A stretch of DNA of 61,064 bases, filler included, from Sphacelaria rigidula (lineage: Eukaryota), in assembly GCA_964200075.2 (NCBI GenBank). It is 6 parts of 6 records of this genome, joined end to end, with 100 filler letters (N's around TTAATTAATTAA, not from the genome) between each part and the next. Parts side by side here need not be neighbours in the genome. Positions count along the whole stretch, not along the records: positions 10,196 to 20,290 come from CAXNAA020007158.1; positions 20,391 to 30,484 come from CAXNAA020007159.1; 4 more parts are not named here. One strand, 5' to 3'. Below the pieces are notes generated by a model. It searched no databases, was not told where the DNA came from, and saw only the letters and a program-made list of their open reading frames with translations. Below are positions 11,600 through 23,895 of the stretch, one piece after another (the stretch's first letter is position 1; each line of letters starts with the position of its first letter). The position numbers and the translations under genes are program-made.

Positions 11600-14500
11600 T
11601 TACAACTGAATACCAAACTTATTCGAAATGCGAGCAGCAACGGCATGAGCCACGCGCAATTTACGCAACTCCTTCGTGAGAAATTCCGGAGCGGTCTCAA
11701 AAATATCCTTGAAAGGCTCCCACGTACGCTCCTCAACTTCGGAACCAACCCAGTCGACCAATACGATCAACGAACGATCGTCTGCTTCTTCCACTCGGAC
11801 AATACCAGCCATTTGTAATTGCCCCTGATTGAAGGCGTGCTAGAAGACGTCCTTAATCAGCCCTAACATCAAGCTGCGAGTCTACAAAAATAATGCGAAC
11901 GAGCTACTTGGGCGGTCTGAACACGACCGGAAACAATGTCCTGGATCTCAAACACGTGCGGGGGGGTGAGCACCAACCACTCTCCATGAACCAGTCCGCG
12001 TCGCCATCAACTTGGGCGTAACGCCCGGACGACGCACGCGTGAATACAAGACAGAGTCGCCTACCTCGAAATTCGGCAATTCCAGCCAGCCCCGACGAGA
12101 ACCCCTCACGCCTACGCGCACGTTCAGCGGCAATACGCTCCTTCACTTGAACGTGGAAGCATTCGTGCAAGTCCAAGACTCGTTGCAATGCACGCTTAAG
12201 TTGACCATCATCCAAGACATCACACTTCCATTCCCCCTCCGACGAAGACGCCAACACCGAGAAAGACGTCCGAGGAGCACGACCAAACCTCACGTAGTAC
12301 GGCGTACTATCGTGACGACGATACGCTATATTGAGCGCCGATTGTACCGCAGGCAACACGTCAACACACTCGGAAACCGCTCTACGCGGCTCAACCAGAA
12401 TAGAGCGGAGAGCACGACCTACTTTCTTGACCATGCGTTCGCACGTGCCGTTAGACCACGGGGAATACGCCACCGCAGACTGGGATCAACGTGTAAACCC
12501 TCTAGCAATCGGGCCAAGATCGCATTCATAAAATGCGTGGCGGTGTCACTCACCCACACACGCGGCACCCCCAAAGTATTGCCCCAATTTAACACAGGTG
12601 CAGCAGTCGATTCAGCTGTACACATTGCCACTGGTTCCAGAGACACGAAGTTGCTCAAATCATCCATTATTACCCAAATGAATCGAAACCCAGCACCCTC
12701 CCGCGAACCTTGGGAAGCTAGCGGGCCACTCTCGCCCACGTACAAGAAGTCAAAATGAACGACTTCATTCGGCACGGTCCCGTGGACCGTTTCACCGGGC
12801 GGGCGGGGAACAACATCGCCCACCCTCAAGTTAGCACAGTGAAGACACTGGCGGACAAATTCGCGCACATGAGTTTCTATTCCCTGACAGACACAAAACT
12901 CTTGCAAGCGCACGAGCGTCGCAGCCACACCACGATGCCCGGCGTCGCGCATGTGCGCGCAAATCATCAGACGTACCTGCAACTGGTTATCAGAACTCGG
13001 AAGTCACAAAACGTTCCAGTCACGCACATGCACACGAAACAGACCTTCACGATCCAAGATAGCAGTACCGATGTCCGACTCGAAAGGTTGCACGTCCGCA
13101 TCTTCGCCCCCAAGGTCTTTTCGTTGCGCTTGGCGGACAACATATTTGGATGGCATCGAGTCATCAGGTTCACACGAACCATGAACGGCCACAGAGCGCA
13201 TAGGCAAAGCCGGAATATTCACCCAGCGCGGAAGCAAGTCACCCCACGCGTTACGGTCACCCGAAATGTGGCAAATTGAGTAACGATACTGGCCGAGAAC
13301 ACCTTTCCTACCTACCGTCGTGCCAACGCCTTCGACACAAATGTAACGCACGCTTCCGGGTTGAAAATATACACGAGATTTCGATGATCCGTGAAAATGT
13401 ACACGCGATCCCACAAACGATGTTCCAAACGACGAAAGGTTCTCACGATAGCAAAACCTTCCTTGTCAACTGTGGTCCAACGCAACTGCGAACCCTTGAA
13501 ACTACCACTGAGGAAAGCCAGTGGTTCATGCGTCATATCCTCGATCGCTAAGCGTCGTTTCGTTTCAACTTCAGACACCTGCGTGACAAACCTACCCCAA
13601 TGGCACTCAGAAGCATCCGAAACCAACACCTGGCAATCAGGACGAGGATGGAACAGCGTCACGGCATGGGCCAGCAGATCCTTCGCTGCCGCCCACGCCT
13701 GCAGCCTGCCCTCCGTCCACAATGCAGGCGGAGTAGCACGCTGTTTTGCTACACGCTTCGTCCGCCTCGCAGCACCCGCCATGAGGTTTTCGAGGGAAAA
13801 ACGCAAGGGAGCTACGATTTCTGCCGTACGCGACAACGAGGTACGCATCCAACTCACGGCATAAAGGAATTGCATGAGTTCTGCGGCCGTCTCCGGGCGC
13901 TGCATATCAAACAGACGCGGCAATCTGACAGGGCCATGAGATACGCGTCCGCGTGAGTACACTTTCCCACACCACACGAGTTCACTAGCAAAAACGGTGC
14001 ACTTGTGCGCAGCCGCAAACAAACCAACACTCTTTGAACGAACCAAGATGGCATCACGCGTGTCTCAAATTTCCTCTTCCGTGTCCGTGAAAAATAGTAC
14101 ATCATCCACCCATATCTTACACTTCTGCCATGATGCGTTGAAAATACATCGTGGCATTCGGCACGCCTTGCGGCACTCGCTTCGGGGTGAACAAGCCAAA
14201 CGGAGTCGTGGTGGTGACAATCCTCTCCGCCTCCTCCGCCAATGGCATCTGCCAGTAACCTTGGAGCAGGTCCAACTTGCCAAAAAAACGAGCACGCAAC
14301 AGATCAAGTATGACGGACTTTTGGTTGGGCATTACACCCGGCGACTTCTCAACCTGCTCACTCACGGCCTTGTAGTCGCTTACCAGGCGAAACGAGTCCT
14401 TTTCGAAATCGCCATAGCCGGACTGGACAACACCACCTGGAACTTCTGGAACACCAACCCGAGCGCCAAAAGAGCCACCATGCACGACGCCAACCGGCTC

Positions 14501-16598
14501 GACTTCACCGGATCGTACCGCCGCAGCTTCGTCTTCGCCGCGGACGCCCAGGTGTTTGGTAAACACGCATGGGCTCGCGCAGGGGGATCACCCCGCAGCG
14601 CACGACAAAACGCGTTGACGCAGCGATGCAAAATGCCGCGCAGGCGCTCCGCTTTTGAGACGCTGAGGCCTTCCGCCCCAGCATCCGTCATGTTCTCCTC
14701 CAGCGCGACCTTCCGAGCGGACTCCTCTTCCACCGGATCCGTGAACATCTCCGGGCCGCGCTCCACCAAGCGTTCCACCGCTTCATCCCGCTCCTCGGTC
14801 ACGTGCCCCTTAGCCTCCTGAAAAGCATCCACCGGCAAGCTCATGCGACGACTGCCCAAAAAGGCGGGCGTTTCCACGCGCGAACCAGGCGGAAACATCC
14901 TCGTCGTCATGGAGTCCCACAACCGCGCATACGGGTCGACTCCAAGATCCTGAAGCGTCGGCAACACTAGAAGAATGACGCCATCTGACCCGAGGCATGA
15001 TCGCAAACGAGATCGGAGGCAACGGCGCCGGAACTGAGGAAGTCGTGAAAGCCAGCTGCAGCGGAACAATACGCTCCGTGACGGAAACATGCTGACCCGA
15101 CACGGTGACGGTCTGCCGCGCCCCGAACGAAAACGGAATGCGCAGCGGCACACCCGGGAAAAGATGCTCCAACATCTCTACAATTTGCACCGACAGAATC
15201 GAGACTCGTGAAGTGTGCGCCAGAATCCAACATAGCCCGAACCGCAATGGCTCCACGCACCCGTTGATTTGGAAGACACAGCTCCGCAGGAACGTACTTA
15301 TCCGCAAAGTCCAAGGGCACTTCATTCGCCGACCGATGCGCCGCTAATCTCACTTGACGTCACGGCTGCGCACGCTGTGCAGGCGAAGACGCCCCGGCAG
15401 GTTTAAACGACATCGCCGGTGGGTACAATCCCCAGTCAGCAGACCAAATATTTGGCAAAACTCCGATCAGCGCATCAGCAGGCGTCGCGCCTGACGCTGC
15501 TGCCGGCGTCGCCACCGACGCCACCACCGGCGCCGGCGCAGTTTTCGACACTGTAGCAGTCGGTCCCACCTGCACCGCCTGTTGCGGAGAAGCAGCACCT
15601 ACGGCGGCGCCGGACCCAGAACCATACCCGTGCTGACGCCGCTGCCCCCGCTGCTACTGCTGCTGCTGCTGCTGCTGCTACTGCTGAGAACTCAACTGCG
15701 ACCCTCCACTGCCGGAGGATCCGCCGTCGTCACCACCCCGACCACCTCGTTCTTTGCCCTTGTGCTGACGATGCTGATGGTGCGCGGCATGAGACCGCCC
15801 AGACTTCCCACTGGAAGACATTGGGCAATCGCGCGCATAATGGCCCACCTGGCTACAGCGATGACAAGTGATGGTCGCGGCGCGGCCGGCCGATTTCGAG
15901 TCGTGGTGGCGCCAAGACTTCGGCGAGGAGGTAGACGACTGGCTGAAGACCTGTATCTTCCGCCACTCCTTGGCCTCGGCTTCGACGCCACGCATAACAA
16001 GGAAGTCGTCGGCCTACCAGTTGGTCTCGTGCTGCAGCTTGACGAGCACGGCTTCCTTGTAATTTGCTGGCGCCAACCCCTCCACCGACGCCTTGGTGAT
16101 TACTGAAGCAGAGCTGGGAATAAACTCATCATCGGGGGAACGATGCACCAGTGCAACGTTCGGATTTTCCGTGCAGGACGTCTCCAGATTTGACAAGACT
16201 GGCTCCACCCGCTCTAGCCGCGTCTTTCCCCTAGAATTCATGGTGACCGCTTTCGCCACGGCCGCGGACGCTTGTGTAATCTCTGCCTTGGCACCCGCCG
16301 CATGACCAGCATGAATTTTGATCGCCGACTGCGGCGGGATGATTGTGCTCTCATCATGTTTCACACGAGAAAAACCTTTCTGCATACACATTCGCACTTG
16401 GTGAGCCATCGACACCACCTGATACCACACAGCACCCTCTGCGTTAGCGTGCTCCACACGCTTTTTGAGCTCCAGACACTTGGTGTACAAAGTGCGAAGT
16501 GCACTCTCGGAATGCCTATCCTCGTACTGAGGAGGTCGCAAATCTTCCCGCATAATCACGGGCGTCACGCTGGACGCAGCACGCGAGCTGGTCGCCAT
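11600..16598 (-). pseudogene. gag-pol of the gypsy element, disrupted by many frameshifts
   Basis: Zinc knuckle CHRCSQVGHYARDC. Protease AMLDSGA. RT FRLVSDYKAV, KLDLLQGYWQM, VPQGVPNATMYFQ, WVDD. RNase H SDAS, KEGFAIV, FTDHRNL. Integrase HMRDAGHRG...CLHC, VHFDFL, VSDTATHF, YSPWSNGTCERM. Chromodomain LVDWVGSEVEERTWEP. Confidence 0.95.
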
Positions 16599-16892
16599 AG
16601 CATCAGCCGGCTACCTGCGAACCTTTCGGAGGCCACCGGACCGTCGCGAATTGCACACTTCATCCTTCCTGCGTTGCCGCACCACACAGTCGTAGGAGCT
16701 TCCACACTCCCGCTGCACGCAGCTTCAGCAAGTCTCTAGTCTGGATCAATCACAGGCCAGCCGCCTTTCTGCAGCTACCTCAGCTTGTAACCCCTCCACG
16801 CGACCGATGAATCAGGTTGTCCCCAGCTTCCAGACTCTTCCGCCGAAATTCTCCCAGCAGGTTCCGTTAGGTAGTAGCACAAATATCGATAT

Positions 16893-17112
16893 TGTGACGC
16901 CGGTCAGAAGAAGAACTGCTGGATCACTGCTGTTTGAGGGACTCCCCAGTCGCACTGGCCTCAGTTCCAGTTGTCAGCCTTCACAACATTTCATTTTTCG
17001 GAGTGCCCTTGCAGGCACAGCCTCATAGACCCGTCAGGGTATCATCCCCGTGTCCCCGGTCATTATCCAGATCATCACTATCAACTCAACGTAACGGCGT
17101 AATTTCGTCACA
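16893..17112 (-). repeat. 5' LTR of the gypsy element
   Basis: Direct repeat of 11306-11525. Confidence 0.95.
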
Positions 17113-19081
17113 AGCCGCTACTCAGATACCCAAACATGTCCCAAACATAGGAACTCTGAACATTTTGCCGTTCCTCAACCATTAGGAACCTTCTGAAAAA
17201 CATTCCTACAAACCTTGAATTCCCCGTAATTTCCCCGCTCATATGTGCTGGCTTGTGTTGCTAGAAAAGCTATACTGAACATGCCACGCGCCGTTGTCTG
17301 CAGTAGTCGACACGTAAAATGTACATGATGAAAGGGAGTTTGGCCAAAGCAAACATAGGCAAAGAATACCTTCAAGTGTGGTTGCATCCAACTTGTAGAA
17401 TTCGTACCGTTAATTATTTTTTGTGACCTTGTCGCTTGCTCGAGCATCAGGTGCTGCACTCTGTGGGCTCATGCTGCTTGTAGCCACCTATTTTATGCTT
17501 CTTCAGCGGAGGTACTCGCAACATCTGCAGGAGCTTTGTATAGATGAGGTGATCGGGCACTGGCGGTCGCCTACACAGGAGATGCACGCTGCGGCAAAGA
17601 CAGTACAAGCATGCTTCAGGTACCCTCGTAGACCCATCCCCGTTCACAGATGTCGACGCGAGGGCAACAGGGAACAGTGGCCTGAGGGTACCCATGGACG
17701 CAAAAACATTAATACCTTTTTTCTCGGTACCTTGGCAATGATCATTGTGCATAGGAAGGAGCCCTACCTGATTTTGCTCATAATGCCTTGTTTATTCCCA
17801 TTAAAAGTAGCGTATATACTGACCAGAAACCTTGTTGTCTTCCAGGAATCATTTCGCCACGATCAAGGTGATCAGGGCTCGAGAGTTTCACATGTGGAGG
17901 TACAGATGCACAAGAACACACCGAGTGGCGGAGAATATGGTCCATGCAGCTATAGCATTAACCATAGTGGGCCTAACATACGCCAACCTGGTGTTCGCAG
18001 CAAAATTTGATAGGTGAGCATGGAGCGTGATGAGTACAACATAAAGAATCAGTGATCTAGGGATGTGGTTCGCACCCAAGAAGCGCGAAATGAGAACTTA
18101 CTATCCGATTTCTCGGGAAATACAAGTTTTGGCCTCAATAAGCTGGGCTCGCTTGAATATCGCACCCTATTTCTTTGTAAGATGATACTCCAAAGCAGAA
18201 AACGTCATATTTCAGCTCGCCATATTTCATGTGTGGACGACCGCGTCTGGAATGTGATCTCAATCCACAACATCTTTTTGTTGGCGCTGCTCACCATTGA
18301 TTTTTCGTTGCACAGCTTGTCCCCGAAACGTGTGCCTTCGGGCGTGTTGGCCGAGGGTTCCAGCGTTCATCACGATCCAACCTCCACTATTTCATCGATG
18401 ACCGAGTGATGAGAAATTACAACCTTTGTTCCACATAGTAGATGACTCCAACTGAACCACGTATGGCCCTTTGGTCCGGCATGGTGTCAATCTGCATCGA
18501 TTGGTAAAAAGAGGTATCGGCACGAAACATTTTATAACTATAACGTAAACGCTCCACTTGAGCGCGAACTAGGCGGGCATTGCATCGTTGCATTGAGTCC
18601 AAAGATACAGAGCAGGAATACACCCAGGTTTTCGAGTAGATGTTCATGTCAGGCACCCAAAATTCGAAAATATGGAAACTCCTGAGTGTACCACACCTTG
18701 AACGTAACTGTTCTCCGCAATTTCGAGCTTGGGTGGCTCATCCAGGTTTTAACGCTATGTACGCCACACGGAATGTCGAACGTACGATCTCTACCCCACG
18801 CCAGGTCCCCTCGTGCTACCAAGGAAGATTTGTCGAGCGTTGCAGTGTGCTTTCATACATGACCCATGGTTCCTTTCCCACAAACCTGTTTATTTGACGC
18901 CTTCAGCACAACATCGACTACTTGGCTAGCGACGTGGATGGTGGCAATCCTGGTCGAAGCATTCTTGCAACAACCCGTGTTGTTGCTGGCGACGGGGGTG
19001 CTGGGCGACTTTGTGGAGACGGGTGTCGAGATTCTCATAGAGATGGTCGGGTAGTGCCCGTAGAGCACTACCTTGGAGTGA

Positions 19082-19620
19082 CACTCTCTACGATAGCCCC
19101 GCCCCCAAAACAAAGTGGCTGAGTTGGGGAGTATAGACTTGTCTGTACTCAGAACAAGGTCTCAGTGCTTGCTCCAAAGGCTTCCTCCCCAGCAGGGCTT
19201 CACAGACTTCAAGACAGAGCACTTATACGAACAGCTGACTTCGTTGAACCGGAAGGTGACCCTTACACCTCCCCGTGCACACAGCATATGTCGAGCAGTC
19301 ATAGTTATACTCCAGAGAATATCCCATGCCCTAGTTCAATGTGAATCGCATATTCATATCTCCTCCTCGTAGACAGCATATCATGCACCTGCACGTGTAC
19401 TGGACGTGAACTACTCCACAGGAGTCAAAATCTACATGTAAATCGAAATGAAAAAAGCCGAGCACAACGAGCAGCTCGGGATTCCCACGCTTGGGTTCGT
19501 TTTCGCCAATGTCACCCATATGAGGCTCTTATGCAGCCTGAAACCAAACATCAGGTGCTGTATGACCATTTTCCTCGTGACAGTTTTAGGCTGGTTGTCG
19601 GAGGCGGCTATCGTAGAAAG
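19082..19620. mobile_element. MITE family with CAC(T/C)(T/C)TCTACGATAGCCCC TIRs, copy A (carries a nested insertion)
   Basis: Ends CTCTACGATAGCCCC and GGCTATCGTAGAAAG. Body is homologous to 20059-20290 (inverted), 49892-50131 (inverted) and 50503-50743. Confidence 0.85.
19132..19420. mobile_element. Probable solo LTR (289 bp) nested in the MITE
   Basis: Absent from the other family copies. Flanked by a GGAG duplication (19128-19131 and 19421-19424). Ends TATAGAC...CTCCACA, read as a decayed TG...CA. Confidence 0.65.
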
Positions 19621-20058
19621 ACTCGGTCCTGACAGGGGCCTGTCGGGGTTTTCTCGGACCCGTTAACAATTTTTGGCCTCACAGCTTTTCTCTTCTCTTT
19701 TCGCCCTTTTTTATTTCCCTTGCTATTGGTTAACTCCGTTTGTTAGTCTGTTTCCTTCCTGCGCACCCCCTTTTTCCAGTTTCTTTGAGTTAGTGTTGTC
19801 TTCCGTTGCTTTGTGTTCGCCATATTTCTGGCGACAACGCCGTTGACAGCGAGTCAGTTGGCACGGGACAATCATAGATGAATATACTGATCGAGTGAAC
19901 TTGCACCGAGCACAGTAGGTACGTGTTATGGTGCTTGGAGGGACGGTTCTCGAGGAGAACTGGTAGTTATATCGGACGGATGTGGACGTGAACTATGTTC
20001 GAATAGTCACGGGTTTAGGATGCAACAACTGGTTGATCCGTCCGTGTACCATGCACGG

Positions 20059-20290
20059 CACCTTCTACGATAGCCCCTCCAAAAAACACTCGCCCAAAAC
20101 TGTCACGAAGAAAATGGACATACAGCGCCCGATGTTTGGTTTCAGGCGGCCTGAAGCGCCCCATATGGGCGACATTGGCTGATACGAACCCAAGCGTGGG
20201 ATTTTCCACTTTCTGGTTGTGTTAAGCTTTTCAAATTACAATTTACATGTAGATTTTGGCTCCCCAGGCCAGCCACTTTGTTTCGGGGGG
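20059..20290. mobile_element. CTACGATAGCCCC MITE family, copy B
   Basis: Starts CACCTTCTACGATAGCCCC; inverted homologue of copies A and D; runs to the contig end. Confidence 0.85.
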
Positions 20291-20390
20291 NNNNNNNNNN
20301 NNNNNNNNNNNNNNNNNNNNNNNNNNNNNNNNNNTTAATTAATTAANNNNNNNNNNNNNNNNNNNNNNNNNNNNNNNNNNNNNNNNNNNN
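20291..20390. other. Artificial contig linker
   Basis: N run with TTAATTAATTAA. Confidence 0.99.
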
Positions 20391-22588
20391 TCATAATATT
20401 GGCCGGCGCATCGGCCTGCAAACGTTCATGCAGCCTCTAGGCTGGCCCAGCTCGTACATGAAGGGGTTCATGAAACGGGAAACGTATCATCATGCTGTAC
20501 GTGTGGCTTGGAAAAAGATGCGGCACCGAGTGGTAGGAGAGCAGACAACGAGGCGGTGTCTCATCGAGACGAAAATGAACAGCGAGAGACGAAACAAGAG
20601 CCCAAAAGCACCATCCCTTGTTGGTTCGCCGGGCATTGGGGTCGCGGCGACATCATCACCCGGCCCGGCGAATCAATAAGCGTGCCACTTCTGGATGTTG
20701 GTTTCGTTTCTCGCTTTTTTTTTGTAGCGTTGAGGGAGGGCCTTGGGGCGCGCTCGATGAAATCATCAAATTATTTTCCGATCGAAAAAAAAGTACGTGA
20801 AGAAAAAAAAAAATCTGATTGATCAAGTCACGCAGGCCGTCCATCGAACAAGTGTGATATCCTTTTGAGCAACCACTACGCTATCCACCATCCGTCGTTC
20901 ACGATCATATCAGTTACTGTATATTGAAATGACGAGACGTATCAGATCGGGACTTTTTTTCTCCACCAAACTTCCATGAAAAAATTGTTTCGATAAAACG
21001 CGCCTGAGGTAGGTGGCCGTTTTGACACAAGAAACAGTCCTTGTTAACAAGACGAAGCATAACATGGTGCTGTGGCAATTGGGATACTGCTTAATCCACC
21101 TCGATGCCGCAGAAAAGTTCATTATGCATCTCCCATCCAACCAACAAGCAGATTCATTTTGGACACTCATAGTGTGTTGAGGTTGGTCAGTCTAATCCCG
21201 TTATAACCCTCTATCCCACACCTCCCGGGTCGCCCCAGGTCACCGACGGCACAGTTGAGGTTCAGGATAGCTTTTTCCATGTATTACAGAACGCCTCGTA
21301 ACATGAACGCCTGGATGTCGAGTATCTATCTGTCTGTACCGAAAATCGTGCAGGATAACATTTCACCGACTCCAAGACAAAAGTCACATGTGTGTATGCA
21401 CGTCTTCGCTCGTTCGTTTTCGTGGGGTACATGGTTCCATACTTCGCGCGTGGTGCACGACGGCCATCGCTATAACTGCAATAAATGCGTACAACATCCA
21501 AAATAGTCTTTTCTCAAGGTTTTCGCTGTCTTCATACCCTCGCGGCAGTGCTGGTAACTAGAGCATATTCGGTTGGGGTACGAGCCAGGTGTTCATTTCA
21601 GTCCGGACCTTCCAAACGTTTCACTCCGGGCCTTTCAAACATGCACTGTTGGCTTTGTAAGCTGTTCGGTTGATCTGGGGACAGACCCCCGCCCCCCCGT
21701 AAAAAAAACACTACCCATCTACCCGCTTAAACCCCCCTGGGTATGTCCAACCTGTAGGTCGGCGAAACTATACCTAGGCGAGGGTTGCATGCTGAGGGTT
21801 GACTCCTCGGGAGGCCAGAACTCCCCAAGGAAAAGTATCACCGACTGAGGCTAGGCACCAGTAATCCCAACGCTCAACAGCACCTCAGCAGCACCTCTGT
21901 GATCGCCAGCAGGGTCCCCGACTCAAAACATATCGTATACTCCTTGGTGCACAAAACCTCACGTACGTTCGTATAGTAGCGTGTCAACTCTAGGAAATGT
22001 CTTTCACATATTTTTCGTGATCCGCCAGGGCCCATTTGCCACACTAGCCACAGAAATAATTTCGACGACCGATTTTATGTCCTGCTGGTATCATGACATG
22101 CAACAGCATACACACCAACCATCACGCGAAATAACACTTCAGCCAAGCCTTGCTTTTCTTGAGTAAACCGAGATCATCATTCGTCGAAACCGCATAGCGC
22201 CCGCATGCCATGGCTAGGTCGACCTAGCACAGAGGGTCCATTTTACCGCATCAGCTCAGCACTGCTTCAATAGATATACGCAAACTGTCCGCGTCACTTG
22301 CCCAATATATCTTCTAGGAAGGCCAGACCCCACGAACCTCTACAGGTGGACAACAAGAAATCGAATGCCAGCACTTTTTCGCCCGCGTATGCCTTGGTTT
22401 GAAATGTACCAATGGCAATGACATGTTTTCGCTGGCATTTCGCATCGCAGAAATTTCTCCATTTCGGAGAAGACGATGGTGCACAGGGCATCACTTCAAC
22501 AGATCATGCAAAATGACCACACGTTTCGGTCTCGTGGGTGGAACAACGCAGCATCATCGCTCCATGGCAACAAAAACAATGACCCCAC

Positions 22589-22657
22589 CTCTGCCTCGTC
22601 GTCCGATACCGAATCTGACTTGTTCCTACGCCTCCGAACCACGATCTCATCCCGTAC
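22589..22657 (-). CDS. SUMO-like (Rad60-SLD type) domain protein, exon 3
   Basis: cag|VRDEIVVRRRRNKSDSVSDDEAE|gtgggg; 69 nt, phase 0; supplies the final D-x-I-x-V strand of the ubiquitin-like fold. Confidence 0.75.
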
Positions 22658-23266
22658 CTGCTTCACCATGACACGAGTAAAACAGGTCGGGAGAAGACAA
22701 CATAGGGGGGGGGAAGGGGGTGCTTAAACGACCTTCAAATAGGCAATCGGACTAAAAGCATATTCCCATGAGTTTCTCCGCCTTTCTCGGGAGGGGTGTG
22801 GGGGGGTGTGGGGGGGGAGAGGGGGTGACTTTTCTGCTTGACATGTTACTAGTCGGGCTAGAGGTCGAACCGGGCATGCGAAAAAGATAGCAAGTGCGCC
22901 GAATTCCTTTCGGAGGAAACAACATCAAGTATTTCCGAAGTGGAATTGGACAGCCAAGCAACACTTGTAGGGCAAAAGTGCGCCGGTGAGTCGCCCAACT
23001 AAACTTAGCGTGAAAAGGAATTTCTGCTCAGACCCACGAGTAGCGAGCGCAGCTCCCTCGAACATGATGCTTTGATGGCGAAGGATATACATTTTTGTTT
23101 CATGGATGCCGACGCCAGCGCTTGATGCTTGATGTTGAACAACTTGCCAGCACACCGGCTTCCAAGATCTCAGAATGTTCGCGGTCAAAACGGCCAACAG
23201 ATACGATTGGTCAAGGTCCTTCCCATTTCAGCCGCGACAACTGAGAGGTATCTCAAACTCAAGATT

Positions 23267-23408
23267 GAGGTATTGCAAAACTCGAGATTCCCGGTATATT
23301 CTCAGTGATTTACAGTCGACTAGAGGCGTCTCAAAACTCGAGGTTCCCGATATATTCGACTGTATATTACTGCGAAAATACCGAGAATCTCGAGTTCTGA
23401 AATATCTC
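23267..23408. repeat. Small foldback with ~53-bp imperfect inverted arms and an internal partial direct repeat
   Basis: GAGGTATTGCAAAACTCGAGATTCCCGGTAT...TACAGTCGA versus TCGACTGTAT...ATACCGAGAATCTCGAGTTCTGAAATATCTC. Confidence 0.8.
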
Positions 23409-23699
23409 TATTTGGCGAAGGATCTCAGTCCCGACTATAGGGACAGGGCTCGCATGCGAGGTACAGTACAAAAGAACGGCATGCCGATGCCGAATCATTC
23501 GCAAATCGACTGGATTTATTCCAAAGGCGTTACAGCAAGGTACAGATAATGTGACCTACCTGGAACTGACCAAAACGAGTAAAGATTTTCCGATGAATGA
23601 ACTATACCGTTGTCTGCACATGGCAAACGTCGAAGACGAGGGAGCCTACATAGATATACGTAGATATACGGACGAATGCTGACCATTGCTCACCCTCGA

Positions 23700-23895
23700 C
23701 GATATATGGTCAAAAGATGCAATGGACACAAAACTGCACTTCGTGAAGTATGGGCCTACTGAAAATAGTGTCGTCCGATACTTCACGCAGTACATTTTTT
23801 GTCTGATGCATCGTTTGGGTCGACACCGGTTGCAATGGTCTATGGTCTATACTTCACACGGTATATTTTTCGTCTATTGCATCCATTGAGCTTGA
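23700..23895. mobile_element. MITE with ATATGGTCAA(T/A)AGATGCAAT(A/G)GAC-type TIRs; a second copy spans about 49843-50240
   Basis: Imperfect TIRs at both ends; the same terminal sequence brackets 49843-50240. Confidence 0.6.

Larger units (their letters stand above)
11306..17112 (-). mobile_element. Full-length but degenerate Ty3/gypsy chromovirus-like LTR retrotransposon (5.8 kb)
   Basis: Two 220-bp LTRs (TGTGACG...CGTCACA, about 87% identical) flank gag-PR-RT-RH-IN-chromodomain in gypsy order. Flanks TGCC and AGCC may be a decayed TSD. Confidence 0.95.

Noticed and set aside
12012-14821. Long plus-strand ORFs (248, 174, 157 and 274 aa)
   Set aside because: They are antisense shadows of the GC-rich gypsy pol on the minus strand.
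17423-18010. 195-aa plus-strand ORF as a host gene
   Set aside because: No recognisable domain and no consistent exon chain.
21730-21830. Hammerhead or HDV-like ribozyme (GTC, CGAAAC and CTGAGG motifs near hairpins)
   Set aside because: The core is incomplete (no CUGANGA in the right topology) and the HDV P1/P3 elements are missing; only a simple hairpin is supported.
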